A stretch of DNA of 64,000 bases, taken from assembly GCF_006345805.1 (NCBI RefSeq), contig NC_042998.1:133300001-133364000 (forward strand), in the 5' to 3' direction. Source of the stretch: Octopus sinensis (taxonomy: Eukaryota). Made by a program: the position numbers and the translations under genes. The notes under the pieces were generated by a model, which was given only the letters and a program-made list of their open reading frames with translations, was not told the origin of the DNA and did no database searches. Below, in pieces: positions 50,676-64,000 of the stretch (positions are counted from its first letter, which is position 1; every line of letters starts with the position of its first letter).

Positions 50676-51420
50676 ATATATATATACACACACACATATA
50701 TATATATATACATATATATGGCAAACATTGTATGTTCACGCATATATTTTGTTATTGCATTATCTGAATCCAATTCTCAGCAATATAAGTAATTTAAGTA
50801 GTTAGTGTTGATTCTTTTCCTTAACAGTATCAAAAATTACTACACAAAACAAATACAGATACTGAATAAAATAATATAATATAATATGTCTGTAATACTT
50901 ATAAAACATCATAACTATTAGAATACCGATAAGTGGTATTAAAAGAGAAGCCAAAAAATAACCATATAGGTTTAGCAAGTTACATTAGTATTTATATATA
51001 TATATATAATTGTGTGTTGTGTGTGTGTGTGTCATTTTTATCTGAGCCATTATGTATATTTATGTTAATTTTCTTAATATGATCAACAGAATATGGCAGC
51101 TGTCAAGGAAGATATTTTTCAAGTCGACATATGACGTTTATTAAAGAAGTGGGTGAAAACTAAAGTCGTGGAATAAAACAATAACAATAATATCAGTATC
51201 ACATCGTAAATTTCTCTTCATTAGTTTCACATGAAACACTGTATATCGTCACACACTCACACAAACGCTCACACAGTAATACAAACTCTCGAATTCTTAT
51301 AAAGCTACACTAACATAAACATATATATATATGTGTGCGTGTATGTATGTATATAACATACACACATATATATATATGGGATGAATATGTGTGTACATAG
51401 ACACATATATTTACTATATA

Positions 51421-51475
<55 letters not shown>

Positions 51476-51832
51476 CGTAACTTCTATAACAATAACTAGA
51501 TACGTTTATAGCGTTTACGACGACAAAGAACAAATAAATAAAATATACAGCAAACAATGCTTGGTGTCTGTGTTTGGATAGAAAGACTGCTGAAGGGAGA
51601 GGGGAGAGGGAGTGAAAGCGATAAACAGAGTAGATGCTCCATCGATTTTAAAGATGACATTTCCATTTCGATCAGTTAGCTTAGATCAACTACCTGCTCG
51701 GTGAATGAGTTATTTAAGAGATTGACTACTCCAAAGATTGTTCGCAAATATGATTGTTTTCGCTGTAAACATTAATTAAAGATAATTATCTAGCATTGGG
51801 AAATATAAGCCCCGCGACAAAAAAATATGGGT

Positions 51833-51908
51833 TTTAGTACACGTGAGAATCGAACTCACACCTCTTATATCGTCAATAAGCGTGCAACTGATAACTAAAA
51901 TATACACA
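51833..51908 (-). other. tRNA-like remnant (pseudo-tRNA or SINE head)
   Basis: Minus strand: perfect T arm gtgag-ttcgatt-ctcac and 5-bp arm cttat-tgacgat-ataag; D arm and acceptor stem are poor. Confidence 0.45.
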
Positions 51909-51940
51909 ACCATATTTACCCACTGAATTTAGGAATCATG

Positions 51941-52488
51941 AAGGCGGCTAGCTGGCAGAAACGTTAGCACGCCGGGCGAAATGCGTAGCCGTATTTCGTC
52001 TGCCTCTCTGTGTGTAGCCCCTTGTGGGTTGTAAAGAAATAGGTATTTCGTCTGCCGCTACGTTCTGAGTTCAAATCCCGCCGAGGTTGACTTTGCATTT
52101 CATCCTTTCGGGGTCGATTAAATAAGTACCTATTTCTTTACTACCCACAAAGGGCTAAACACAGAGAGGACAAACAAGGACAGACAAAGGATTAAGTCGA
52201 TTATATCGACCCCAGTGCGTAACTGCTACTTATTTAATCGACCCCGAAAGGATGAAAGGCAAAGTCGACCTCGGCGGAATTTTAACTCAGAACGTAGTGA
52301 CAGACGAAATACCGCTAAGCACTTCGCCCGGCGTGCTAACGTTTCTGCCACCTCGCCGCCTTCGATTAAATAAGTACCAGTGACGCACTGGGGTCGATAT
52401 AATCGACTTAATCCGTTTGTCTGTCCTTGTTTGTCCTCTCTGTGTTTAGTCCCTTGTGGATAGTAAAGAAATATGTATTTCGTCTGTC
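51941..52488. mobile_element. Nest of SINE A insertions
   Basis: A plus copy is interrupted by a 38-nt tail fragment (52005-52042, 14-bp TSD) and by a minus copy (52131-52361, 17-bp TSD). Confidence 0.9.
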
Positions 52489-52656
52489 TCTTTTGTTTCT
52501 TACACGTCGTACATGTGTTCGTGGTGAAAATTGTTGTATCTTGGTCTTAATATTGTTAATAACTGCTGTTTCTTACAACTGTTGTTTCTTGTTAAATTGC
52601 TGAATTAACTGTTGGAGTTTTCATTTGAAAACACTAAGTGCTTGTAGTAGCATGCG

Positions 52657-53780
52657 TTGCTCATTTCCCCGTTGCGGGGAAGAATATCGTCTAGCGAGGA
52701 GCCTACCGTTAGAACAGAAATATTTGTTTCTCCTGTTGAAAAGAAGAATTACATGTTGTCAGGCGAGGAGCCAACTACGAACAAAGAAATAATGGATTCC
52801 CCCGTTGCAAAAAAGAATGACAAAATGTATGAGTTATTTGGAGATGTGTTTGAAAGCTCGTCAGAACTTTCACTAGAAGAATTCCCGAGTTTGCCAAAAA
52901 ACAAAAGTATTGTGTCTAAAAGAATAATTGATGTACCTAGCATCCAAACTGAACAACCCAAAAAAAAGTTTTGCGTTGGCATGTGGGGATGGAACCCGGC
53001 TGCTTTCAACGAATAAGTGTGATTTCATGAAATACAGTGAAATGATGCAAATAAATGACAGCGTGGTAAAAATTCAACCACCGGAGAAATTACTACTAGA
53101 AGAAAAACTGAAAACAATAATTTTCAAAACTTACTTTTTGCAAAAAAGAAAAATTGAAAAAATTACAGAAGAGAAGGTAGAGAAGTGCCTGAAACCAATC
53201 TGGTGCGACGTGGTTTATCTGACAAGAGGCAGGAAATTCGGAACGGTGGAAGTAAGGTTTACCAACAAAGAAATTGTGCAGAAGCATTCGGTAGAAACGT
53301 TGAAAATAGAAGACGGGGAGCTCATCCCCACCTATATGGGGATGAGAACGTCGAGGATTAAAATCACAAGGGTCCCACCGGAAGAGGATCCTATGTGGTT
53401 GTTGGCGGCAGTCCAGATTAAAGAGGAAGAGAAAATTACTCTCCTCCAGGTTACCGCTACCGAAAATGCTAACTGGACTGGTCAAACAGTCAATCTCCTT
53501 ATTCAAACTGACCCTAAAATAATTCAAGCAATACCCGAGAAAATTGAAATAGGGGAGGAGGACCTCATGGTGTTTGTTAAGGGCCGAAAACCCCGATGTT
53601 TTTATGTGGTCAATTAGGCCACATTCGAAGGAACAGCAAGGAAAATGAGGAAGAGGGAGAAGAGGAGAAAAAAGAAAAAGAGGAGGAAGAAGAAGAAGAT
53701 AAAGACGAGAAGAAAACAACAAACAAAAGGAAAATACAATCAGTAACTCAACCGAGAGCGGCGACTACAACAGAATAACG
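52657..53780 (+). pseudogene. Frameshifted ORF1 (gag-like, zinc knuckle)
   Basis: EEFPSLP, RRM-like VEVRF, VFVKGRKPRCF then (frameshift) LCGQLGHIRRNS, a decayed CX2CX4HX4C, then an acidic/basic tail. Confidence 0.75.
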
Positions 53781-54210
53781 ACCAAAAAAGACTGCCAGAA
53801 GAGAAAAAGAGGAAAACGGCATAATAGCCGTATACACTAAAGATACTGAGCTAATGAGACACATTCAATTGATTAAGACTGCAAAAAAAATAGATAACCT
53901 TTCAGAGAAATTTACCAACTATGACATGTATGAAGTCTCAAATAAGACTCATAGAATTTTACAAAACAAACACCGTAAGACAGTATCATCAATGAGATTA
54001 GACTTTAATAATTCTATATTTCATGGATTACCAGCCCCGATCCCGCGAGAAAAGGAAAAGGTGGAGACTCCCCTCCACCTGATAATTCTGTGTCGGTAGT
54101 GAGACGGGATTTTGACAAATCTATTTCCCAAGACCGTCCACCTCCGACTCTGTATCAAAAAAAGGTGGAGGGTCCCTCTCCACCGGACAATCCTGATTAA
54201 CAGGTAAGTC

Positions 54211-54492
54211 ATGTCTATTCACATTGGTTGTGTAAATGTTCGTGGCCTGATGTCGAGTGGGAAGCAAGAGCGCTTCCTAAATGACATCAGGTCGAGAAAT
54301 TTGGATGCAATTGTTGCAACGGAAACCTGGGTGAAGGGGTCAAGAGATCTGCTCCTCTTCCTGAACGGCTACGAGAAATACGTTTCTCCGAGTTGGGCGG
54401 GAGGTGGGGGTGGGGTGTTGGTCCTACTAAAAAGAAACCGGGTTGCGCGAGTGTTGTGCGTGCAAGGAACCGTGTCAATAGACAGAAAATAA
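54211..54492 (+). pseudogene. ORF2 APE endonuclease N-terminus joined to a probable C-terminal remnant
   Basis: IGCVNVRGL...NLDAIVATETW...GGGVLVLLK is the APE motif; no RT follows. Confidence 0.8.
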
Positions 54493-54689
54493 AGGGAAAA
54501 AAAGGTACCAGCGGTAGATCGGGGCTTGTGGGGTCGGAGCGTGGCCTGATCATCGCTTCATTTGTATTGTCTTTGTATTGTTAATTCCATTCGATTTTTT
54601 TATATATTGTATTTAAATTTTTAAAGTCATATTATATAAAAAATCATATCGCTTCACTGATCCCATCAATTGTTCTGTCCATTTCTATG

Positions 54690-54878
54690 GCCCCCGGTGG
54701 GCAATAAAAAATTGGTATTTCGTCTGTCTTTACGTTGTGAGTTCAAATTCTGCCGAGGTCGACTTTGCATTTCATCCTTTCGGGTTCGATAAATTAAGTA
54801 CCAGTTGCGTACTGCGTTCGATCTAATCGACTGGTTCCCTCTCCCAAAATTTTAGACCTTGTGCCTAGAGTAGAAGCG
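54690..54878 (+). mobile_element. SINE A (tail type 2 remnant followed by body with tail type 1)
   Basis: gggcaataaaaaattggtatttcgtctgtctttacgttgtgagttcaaattc...gtgcctagagtagaag. Confidence 0.8.
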
Positions 54879-55024
54879 AATTTAGGAATCATGGTTTCAT
54901 AGGAGTGTGTAAACGTGTACGTACTCTACGTACATTAAGAATCAGAGACGAGGGATAAATTTTCAAAAATATAATTATAAGTTTTCGCCATAAACCTTGA
55001 CTGTACAAAATAGTCTAATATTCT

Positions 55025-55185
55025 TTTCTACTCTAGGAATAAGGCCAAAGATTTTTGGGGAAGGGCCTAGTTGATTAGATCGACCACAGTACGCAACTTA
55101 ATTCATCGACTCCGAAAGGATGAAAGCAAAGTCGACTTCGGCGGAATTTGAACTCGGAATGTAAAGACAGACGAAATAATGAAAA
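55025..55185 (-). mobile_element. SINE A partial
   Basis: Reverse complement of the family A body and tail. Confidence 0.8.
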
Positions 55186-58100
55186 ACAGAAGAGAGCATA
55201 TATATATATATATATATACATGCATGCATACATACATACATACATACATACATACATACATACATACATACATACATACATACAAGACTACGCTGTTGTT
55301 GTTCTCTAAATTCCTAATAGCCTTGTCTCTAAGCAGGAAACTGATATTTCTCATTGGCTAGACAGTCGTACATATATATATATGTTCTTAAGATTCATAT
55401 ATTTATTTATGAATGCATATAAATGTGTGTGTAGACAATTATGCGTACATATTTCTAGCTAGACACGGATTCTAGCTGACTCTGTCATTTCTCTCAGACA
55501 AAGATGTAACTAATATCAACTGTCAATTCATCAATTATTTTCTTCACTTAGATATATCTTCATCGGTGTTACTTAATTTTCATGCGTACTTCTTTGTTTG
55601 ATTATGTTTTTAACATTTGTATCTACTTGCGAATGTGTTGTGTACATATACGCACACACATGCATACATTTAGCAGTACAAACAAGGAAACGGAAACAGT
55701 TCAGGATATATCTTGTATAGTTTATTCAGAAGCTGTTGATTCACTCCGTCGCTCCTCAGAGATTTCGCCATAAGCCGGCAAAATAATGAGAAAGACAAAT
55801 TATTGGCTTTCGAAAAACACCAAATTCGTCAATACTTTTTGGTCAAAAGCGGTCAGGAGAACTGCATCGTGTATTAGGAAGAGTGTTTGGTATTAGTTTA
55901 TTATGTTTTGGGTAGAATATCTATGGAACAACAAGTGTCGACAGTAGGGAAAGGGAGTAGCAGCAGCTGGATGGCCTATTACATCTGATCTGGAAGGCTT
56001 CTTATAAGAATTATATTCCTAGCTGTTAAAACCAAAATATCAAATTTCTTCATTAACGAACTGGGAAGTCATTCGTGTCAGAATATGGAATTCCTCAAAT
56101 AGACACTCAGTTTATCTCACTGTCACATTGGTATATGAAGATGTCCGTTCACGACACCATTGCCCGTTAATTTCTAGTTATGTTGAAAGAAAAATAATAT
56201 TATTTTGAGGAATTTAAAATAATGCGCAATCAATCCGGTTTTACTTTAACTTGTAGCTGTCCTTTGAAATATGCATTGGAATGGTAAAACACTTTAGTTT
56301 TAAACTGTTCTATAGTTGCAAACTCGTTGTTGGAGTTAGTGTGCGTCTGAAATTGTGATGTGAAATCTGGAAAAGGATGTTATCGAAGCAAGCATATTAG
56401 TAACCTGAATATTATTACAGTTAAATAGCTTCAGGTAGTTACGTATCGTTGGTATGTTTACATAACAGGTCGTGTGATTTCTGACTATGTTGGTGGTTAC
56501 TTCCCTGCTGTGAGGTGAGTTGAACCAAATTCTGTTTTGCTACTTAGTTGTACTATTTTGTGGGAGATGTTCCTTATATACTTAATTCTCACTTAAATGA
56601 CATTTTGATAGTGCCTTATAATGAAAGTAGGCAATATCAATGAAAATATCACTGTCACAGCTCTATTCAGAACTCTCCTATGCCATCTATGCTGTTCCTC
56701 GAGATACTTGAGAAATGGGTAGAATTTGTCAATATGCCTATTGTACCCTCGTGAAATGTTAGTTGTCAAATTTTGTGTTATATCTAAAAAAATTATGAGA
56801 GCTAATGGTAATTTTCAAGTCTTATTCCTAATATATCGTATAGTTTTTTTCAAAACTACATGTTCTTTCATGCTACATGAAACCGTTAAGCTGTCTGTTT
56901 ACAATCTATTGCTGTTCGTTGGCTGAAAGTATTTAAAATAGACTATTATTGAAATGTCAAATAGTTTATCGGCTTTCTTTTTACTTCATTATAATCTATT
57001 ATCAATGTTGCTAACAGTTGTACAGGTCACCCCGAATTCCAAGAACTTTGTCTTTCAAATTTCTAGTTTGGAACATTTCGAAAATTGGTAGTGTTTCTAA
57101 TTTTGAGGTCATTAATTTCTATTCTTTTCTCTTTTTTTCCTTAGTTTCAAAAAACTTCATATTGGATAGAATCAATTCGAAAATTATGCACAATTATAAT
57201 TTCCTTTTTGATGTGATCCTTTGTTTCCCTCAATAAATAATATCTAGTTCTTTCATGTGGCAAATGTTTTTGTTATTTTTAATATTGGCATTTCTGTTGT
57301 CTAGCCCTAGTCAACTTTGATCGAGCAGTACTATGAGCAAAGTCATCCTCGCAGTTAACTACATTGTCATTCTTTTAAAGGGTACAGGATGTGATCGGAA
57401 AGAATTTTGTTTCTAATATCTAAGCGGTCAATGAGCGAGTACAAGGTCTTAACGTATTGAAGTTGTTTTGTTGATGTAGTTCTTGTTATTACTGCTGCTA
57501 TCATTTTAAACTATTGCAACTGTGTCCTCTATGGCAAGAAAAAGAAATGATCAAGTTTTCTACATTCCTTTCACTGGAAGATGTTGCATTCAAGCCATTT
57601 TTACTCTCTGTCAAAACACTCATTTTTAAAACGGAGTACCAACATTTGACTTAGTTTTCTATGAGGTTTATTATTTGTGCTAAATACTTAGTGCTCTGCA
57701 TTAACAAACCATTATGAAAACAAAAAATTACATCGAGCGCCATTATCAATATAATCATCAGCAAATTCCCTTTCAGTACGCATATATGTATGTATATATG
57801 TATGTATGTATATATGACTCACACACACGCACAAACACTCTCTCTCTCTCTCTCCCTCTTTCTCTCTCACACACATCATACACATATATATATATATATA
57901 AACATAAAATAAGCAGAGAAGGTGAGAGAGATTGAGAAAGAAAGATAGACAGGCAGAGACAGGCGGAGGGACAAAGATATTCATATATGTATACACATGC
58001 ATACCCACACTCACACGTACACACACACAGACACACATACTCATACGCGCACACTCACTCACACGTGTGTATATAAGCGACTTTTACATAAGTGTATTGT

Positions 58101-58580
58101 AAGAAACTTAACTACTCCCCAGTTATATTTTTTACATTGTCTGTTTCGATATTAGCCCTTTATATCTTGAAACAATAAACTTCCTAGGTTTCTGAAAGTC
58201 TCTAGACAGCCCACTATGAAATCGTTGTTAGGGGAGTCTGTTACTGCCGTTTTATTGCCTATAAAAATCATTGAAATGATGTTTTGTTATTGGCGATGAA
58301 GTTACCACTGAATTTGAAATTCTTGACCGTTGATCTCACGTTTAATTTACCGTTGTGACTGTCTTTTGTATCCATTACTCTAACTAACAACGTGGTAGTC
58401 CACTTTACGAGGCAGAAAATAATTACCTTTTGCAAACTCTACTAATATAGATACTTAACAATAGGTAATTGCGATACTGACTCCACCTCACTTTCTCCCT
58501 AATACAATCACTTGCGTGATCTTCCTCACCCTCTCCTCTCTTTCTCTCTCACTTTCTTTCTCCCTTCTTTATATATACAT

Positions 58581-58684
<104 letters not shown>

Positions 58685-58713
58685 GAGAGAGAGATACATA
58701 CATGTATACGTGC

Positions 58714-58745
<32 letters not shown>

Positions 58746-58847
58746 GTATGTGTGTGCGCGCGCGCATTTATATTTTTCTGTTATAATGAAATGGCACACG
58801 AAGTTTGGAAAATGTATATTGTGTAACTTATCATTCTAGATATATCC

Positions 58848-59058
58848 TTTTCTACTCTAGGCACAAGGCCCGAAATTTGGGGGGAGGGGCCAGTCTATTA
58901 GCTCGATCCCCGTACGCAACTGGTAGTTAACTTATCGACCCTGAAAGGATGAAAGGCAACGTCGACCTCAGCGGAATTTGAACTCATAAAGTAAAGACAG
59001 ACGAAATGCCGCCAAGCATTTCGCCCGGCGTGCTATCGTTTCTGCCAGCTAGCCGCCT
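58848..59058 (-). mobile_element. SINE A full length
   Basis: Complete reverse complement. Confidence 0.9.
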
Positions 59059-59260
59059 TATCATTCTAGATCATTGCATTTACCCATCTCTTAATAAACA
59101 GATAAACGCTATAATAATTAATTTGAAAAGCATTATATCACAAGTTGAGATTTTTACACACTAACTAAAAATTCGTTTACGTGACGGTATACAACTTGGC
59201 AAGGAAAAAAAAAAGATAAGAAAAGAAAGGCCAAAAGTTGTAGCATAAAATATCTTTCAA

Positions 59261-59472
59261 AAGGCGGCGAGCTGGCAGAAACGTTAGCACGCCGGGCATA
59301 ATGCTTAGTGATATTTCGTCTGTCTTACGTTCTGAGTTCAAATTCCGCCGAGGTCGACTTTGTCTATTATCCTTTCGGGGTCGATAAATTAATTACCAGT
59401 TGCGTACTGTGGTCGATCTAATCGACTACCCTTCCAAAAAAATGTTCGGCCCTTGTGCCTAGAGTAGAAAAG
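59261..59472 (+). mobile_element. SINE A full length
   Basis: aaggcggcgagctggcagaa...gagttcaaattcc...gtgcctagagtagaaaag. Confidence 0.92.
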
Positions 59473-59524
59473 AAGAAAATAAGAAAAGAAAAAGGCCAAA
59501 TGTTGTAGCGTAATAAATCTTCAA

Positions 59525-59918
59525 GAATGCGGCGAGCTGGCAGAATCGTTAGCACGCCGGGTGAAATGCTTAGCGGTATTTTCGCCTGCCGTTACGTTCT
59601 GAGTTCAAATTCCGCCGAGATCGACTTTGCCTTTCATCCTTTCGGGGTCGATTAAATAAGTACCAGTTGCGCACTGGGGACGATACAATCGACTTAATCC
59701 ATTTGTCTGTCCTTGTTTGTCCCTTCTGTGTTTAGCCCCTTGTGGGTAGTAAAGAAATAGGTATTTCGTCTGACGTTCTGAGTTCAAATTTCGCCGGGGT
59801 CGACTTTGCCTTTTATCTTCTCGGGGTCGATAAATTAAGCACTAGTTGTGTAATGAAGTCGGTCTAATCGACTGGCCCCTCTCCCAAAATTTCGTGCCTT
59901 GTACCTAGACTAGAAAAG
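59525..59918 (+). mobile_element. Compound SINE A (tail-2 unit joined to ggtatttcgtctg of a second unit)
   Basis: Junction aaagaaata|ggtatttcgtctg at about 59760. Confidence 0.9.
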
Positions 59919-59964
59919 TAATCTTTCAATTCCTCTGCTTTTATGAGATGATTCTTCTTAAATT

Positions 59965-60115
59965 CTATCTTTTACTTGTTTAAGTCATTAGACTGAGGCC
60001 ATGCTGGGGGATCGCCTTGAAAAATTTTTACTCAAGTGAATAGGAACCAGTACTTTTTTCATTTTAAAACCAGGTACTTATTCTATCGATCCCTTTTTTC
60101 GAACTGCTAAGTTGT
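59965..60115 (-). mobile_element. SINE B 3' fragment, diverged
   Basis: gtcattagactgaggccatgctggggga...gtacttattctatcg. Confidence 0.7.
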
Positions 60116-60907
60116 CAAGTGGTAGTGGTGGTGGTGAGTAAATACTGACACAAAGACATACTCACATACATACATAAATACATGATGATGGTTGGCAACT
60201 CGATTTCGAGTTAAGCCATTGCCTGATTTCTTTATGCCCTAGAATATCATCGATGAGCTGCACGATATGCCATATGAGGCCTGACAAAGACCTTATATGA
60301 CAACTGATGCAAGAAAACTTGGTAGTATAGTTAACAGCTCCATGAACTTTACTATGATTTTCAAGCCACTCTTTGATCTGCATGCATTATATACACATAT
60401 ATAGGAGGAAATGTAAAGACAAGCAAGTTAGGCAAGTCGATATGCAAAAAATATTAAATACATTTAATACAAAAAATGTACATATGTAGGCATATAAAAA
60501 AGTCCGCCTCACATAGAATAGAGATATTAGGAATTAAAGAGGTTGAATAAGAGTTTTACGAGTCTGTTTCTGGGGATTTGGTGGTCCAAAATAATGATTG
60601 TAACTTGATTCCATCATCCAAGGAAGAATTTTGAGGTGTTGAGAGGATGGAGTTTAAAGATAGAGGTTAATGATGGACAGCTGTCAATTGTGGAACACGA
60701 CTGTGACTACATAAATCTGATGATTGCATAAAGTATGAAAGTACTAGTTTATTTCAATATTGTAAAATAGTAAATATTGTGAATAATAAAACATAAAAAT
60801 CAGACAAGCGGGAATTTCAAATTTCATTGATTAATATATATATATGTGTGTATGTATATATATGTGTATACATATATATGTATATATATATATATATATA
60901 ATATATA

Positions 60908-61006
<99 letters not shown>

Positions 61007-61130
61007 CATAAAAATATATATATACTTGTATATGATATGTGTTGTGAATTTACGGAAATCTCATAAAACTCAACAATTTTGATAAAAATGGAGAAGAGAA
61101 GGTATCAAAATATATAAGAGAATTTTAATT

Positions 61131-61252
61131 CATGCAGACGATCGTTTCGTACAGCGATATAACAGTCATGCAAATTCATGATTGAATAGAATTAATTACA
61201 TCAATTAGATTAAATTTAATTAATTATATGTTACTGTACTCTTCAGTGCAAG
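61131..61252 (-). ncRNA. Type I hammerhead ribozyme, canonical core, long stem II
   Basis: Minus strand: ttgca CUGAAGA gtacag...ctgtac GAAAC gatc GUC tgca; stem III is the palindrome ACGATCGT; an inverted truncated copy lies at 61315-61400. Confidence 0.85.
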
Positions 61253-61633
61253 AAGAATAAACAAAATTTTTTTACAAAGTATTTGAGAAAGGAAAAAGCA
61301 GTATTTTATTTATACTTCTTGCACTGAAGAGTACGGTGGTATATAATTTAATTCAATCTAATTAATCTAATTAATTCTATTCAACCATGAATTTGCATGA
61401 TTTTCCTATCGCTATACGAAACGTCTCCATTTTTTATCAAAATTGTTGAGTTTTATGGGATACCTTTCTATAAATTCACAACACACCATATACAAGTATT
61501 ATTTTCATATTCACAATTTTACGCCAGTAAGCTACCAGCAAAATATGAAGAATCTATATTAGATATCTTTTTGGGGAAACCTCCAAATTAAAGGATAAAT
61601 CTCATTCAACCTTTTTACACACACGCACACACG

Positions 61634-61720
<87 letters not shown>

Positions 61721-61782
61721 GTTAAAGAACAAACGTTAAGGCAAGGCAAATATCTCAAATATTATTATTGAAAAAAAATTCA

Positions 61783-61836
61783 GTCTTACAGCTGTTTCTG
61801 GGATATCCTAGAATATGGGATATTCCAACATCGGGG
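61783..61836 (-). ncRNA. Decayed hammerhead motif
   Basis: Minus strand: CCGATGT tggaatatcc...ggatatccca GAAAC agct GUA; 9 of 10 bp in stem II pair, the core is mutated. Confidence 0.55.
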
Positions 61837-61982
61837 AAAAATTGGGAAAATAAGAAGATTATAGATTAATGAAGTGACGACATAGAGGACAGGAGTAAAG
61901 AAATAAGGAGATGAAGATAGAAAAGAAGAAAGAAGCATAAAAGTTCACAGTTCAACTTTTCGATCTTGTAGAAATAAGTCCA

Positions 61983-62127
<145 letters not shown>

Positions 62128-62298
62128 GGGAGTATAACTCCAAGCTTACAAGGAAAAATTCAATTCAGTATTAAATCAAATTTCACAATATAAATATATA
62201 ATATATAAATTAGAGAAAAAATACTACTATGCAATGAAAACTATGATTTGGTTTATGTCTATCATAATTTGATTTGCATAATAGTGTTTTTTTCTCTA

Positions 62299-62349
<51 letters not shown>

Positions 62350-62354
62350 CATAT

Positions 62355-62510
62355 ACGCTTCTTTCAGGTTCCGCTTACCAAAGCCATGTGAATGGATTTG
62401 GTCGGCCCGAGGCTATAGTAGAAAACATTAGCGCAAGATAGCACGCAGTGGGACTGAACCTGGAATCTTGGTTGGGAAACAAGCTTCTTACCACACAGCC
62501 ACGCGTGCGC
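62355..62510 (-). mobile_element. SINE B 5' half
   Basis: gcttctttcagg...ggtcggcccgaggctatagtagaa...gcagtgggactgaacc...cttaccacacagccac. Confidence 0.8.
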
Positions 62511-64000
62511 TTACAGATATTTTGCTATTTATGCCTTCAAAACCCTCGTCTTTGAATGTTTGGAGTTCTTTTTTATAAACTTTTGTAAATTTAAAGTGTA
62601 ATCAAATACGGTGAAGCTTTTATATTTTCTATTTCATTGTTAGAAGCAAATCTAAATAAATGTTTAGATTAGGGAATTTTCTCGAGATATTTCAGCTTAT
62701 TAAGTAATATGGTAGAATCATTAGTATGTCAGGGGTTATGAGAAAATATTAAATAGCTAAATATAAATATTAAAATTAAAAATCTAGTTATCTTTTAGAA
62801 AAACAATGATGCAGCATAATGCAAAAAATGATATAATACTGGATATAATATTCTTTAATCAGAAACTATAAACAAATTGCATAAAAATATTCAGAAATAG
62901 TATGGCGCTGGTGAAAATATATTTTAGATCTTTTTATTGTCTGAGATGAAATCCCAGCACAGTTGGCATTCTCTTTTATACACTCGGAATCGATAGAAAA
63001 AGTACCAATTGTTGTAATTTAACTCCAGGTCAGCTTTGATCAAACAATACTAGTAAAGTATAGGCATTTTTTAATCCTCACAAAAAAGATGTCATTATCT
63101 GAAATCAATGCAAAAGTATACGAAAAATAACTGCATTGTGTAGCTCTTTTATAGTTAAATTACCCCATCCCTTAAATATTTATAGAAAACTATATCTAAG
63201 TATTCCAATGCATTTGCCCATGAAAATATAGATTTATTTGCTTATTTCACACCCGTATAAAAGAAATATTAGAATAGGAAGTATGATTGTTTAAGTGAGT
63301 AGAGAGGATATGTGTTGGGATTTATCATGGATCAGATGGGAAAAATAAAAGCCTAAAATGTTTTTGGTGATGAACCGTGAGACGAAGTAGAGAATAAAGT
63401 TCCGGGTGTTCCGACTGTACACCATCATTAAACCCTCTGAAACAAAAATCTATATTATACTTTTGACTGTTCTTGGTCAATTGTACTCAATCTATCGAAT
63501 ACAATTACGAAAATTGGAAGCGACATGTAGTTATCGTTGGCATTATTCAATTCCATAACAAACGGAAGTGGAAATATGTTAATACGACATGAAAGGGAAA
63601 ATATGTAGCGTTTCTACATTTACCGTTTGATATATTTCTCTTTTCTGTTTATGCATTTTTTTCTTTCTTTCTCCTGAAAGGAATAATCTTTAACATCATC
63701 ACAAAGACACAAACGCCTTTTTCTTTTTCTTTTTCTTTTTTGTTAATTTTCTATTTCTATTTATTTATTTATTGGCGAGTGATGATGGTAATGGTGTAGA
63801 AATGTGGTTATAATCGATTAAGTTGAGTTGGCGATAAATGCTCTGAAATCATTAGTTGGGAGCAGCTTCACTATTAATGAGAGAGGAATACGAATCTCAC
63901 ACCCTCTTTCCAACTTAGCTTTTAGAGTGACTTCGTGCTTAGTTAAAAAGAAACTAATATCAAACTTTAAATTCTTCTGTAGATAATTTTGTCTTTTATG

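Larger units (their letters stand above)
52490..54650 (+). mobile_element. Tx1/L1-like LINE with a large internal deletion
   Basis: ORF1-like region with zinc knuckle, start of an APE-type ORF2, then an AT-rich 3'UTR-like tail. Confidence 0.75.

Noticed and set aside
55740-55880. Open frame FTPSLLRDFAISRQNNEK...
   Set aside because: Bounded by stops, with no proper donor site and no known motif
60162-60383. ORF MQIKEWLENHSKVHG... as a possible host exon
   Set aside because: No recognisable domain and no convincing splice sites
63360-63450. Box C/D snoRNA candidate (GTGATGA...CTGA)
   Set aside because: Terminal stem geometry is non-canonical and I could not identify an rRNA or snRNA guide complement

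Overview
This is AT-rich, microsatellite-saturated eukaryotic DNA. Its SINE families and simple-repeat density look like an octopod cephalopod (Octopus) genome; this is recognition, not a database result. I found no convincing host exon, and nearly all long ORFs in the track are translated (TA)n/(CA)n/(TATG)n/trinucleotide repeats. The window is a mobile-element graveyard. It holds three tRNA-derived SINE families (here A, B, C), several Tc1/mariner relics and MITEs, a MULE fragment, an internally deleted Tx1/L1-like LINE, an R4/Dong-like fragment and an RTE-like element. It also holds five Penelope-like element (PLE) GIY-YIG endonuclease fragments. Three things stand out. (1) Type-I hammerhead ribozyme motifs are dense: five have canonical cores and at least seven are variant or decayed; many sit in inverted repeats and several have self-complementary stem III. 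(2) A U6 snRNA retrocopy is fused at its 3' U-tract to the last ~60 nt of SINE B. (3) SINE A copies repeatedly insert into other SINE A copies at a GGTAYTT site, twice with clear TSDs. All coordinates were read by eye and may be off by a few bases.
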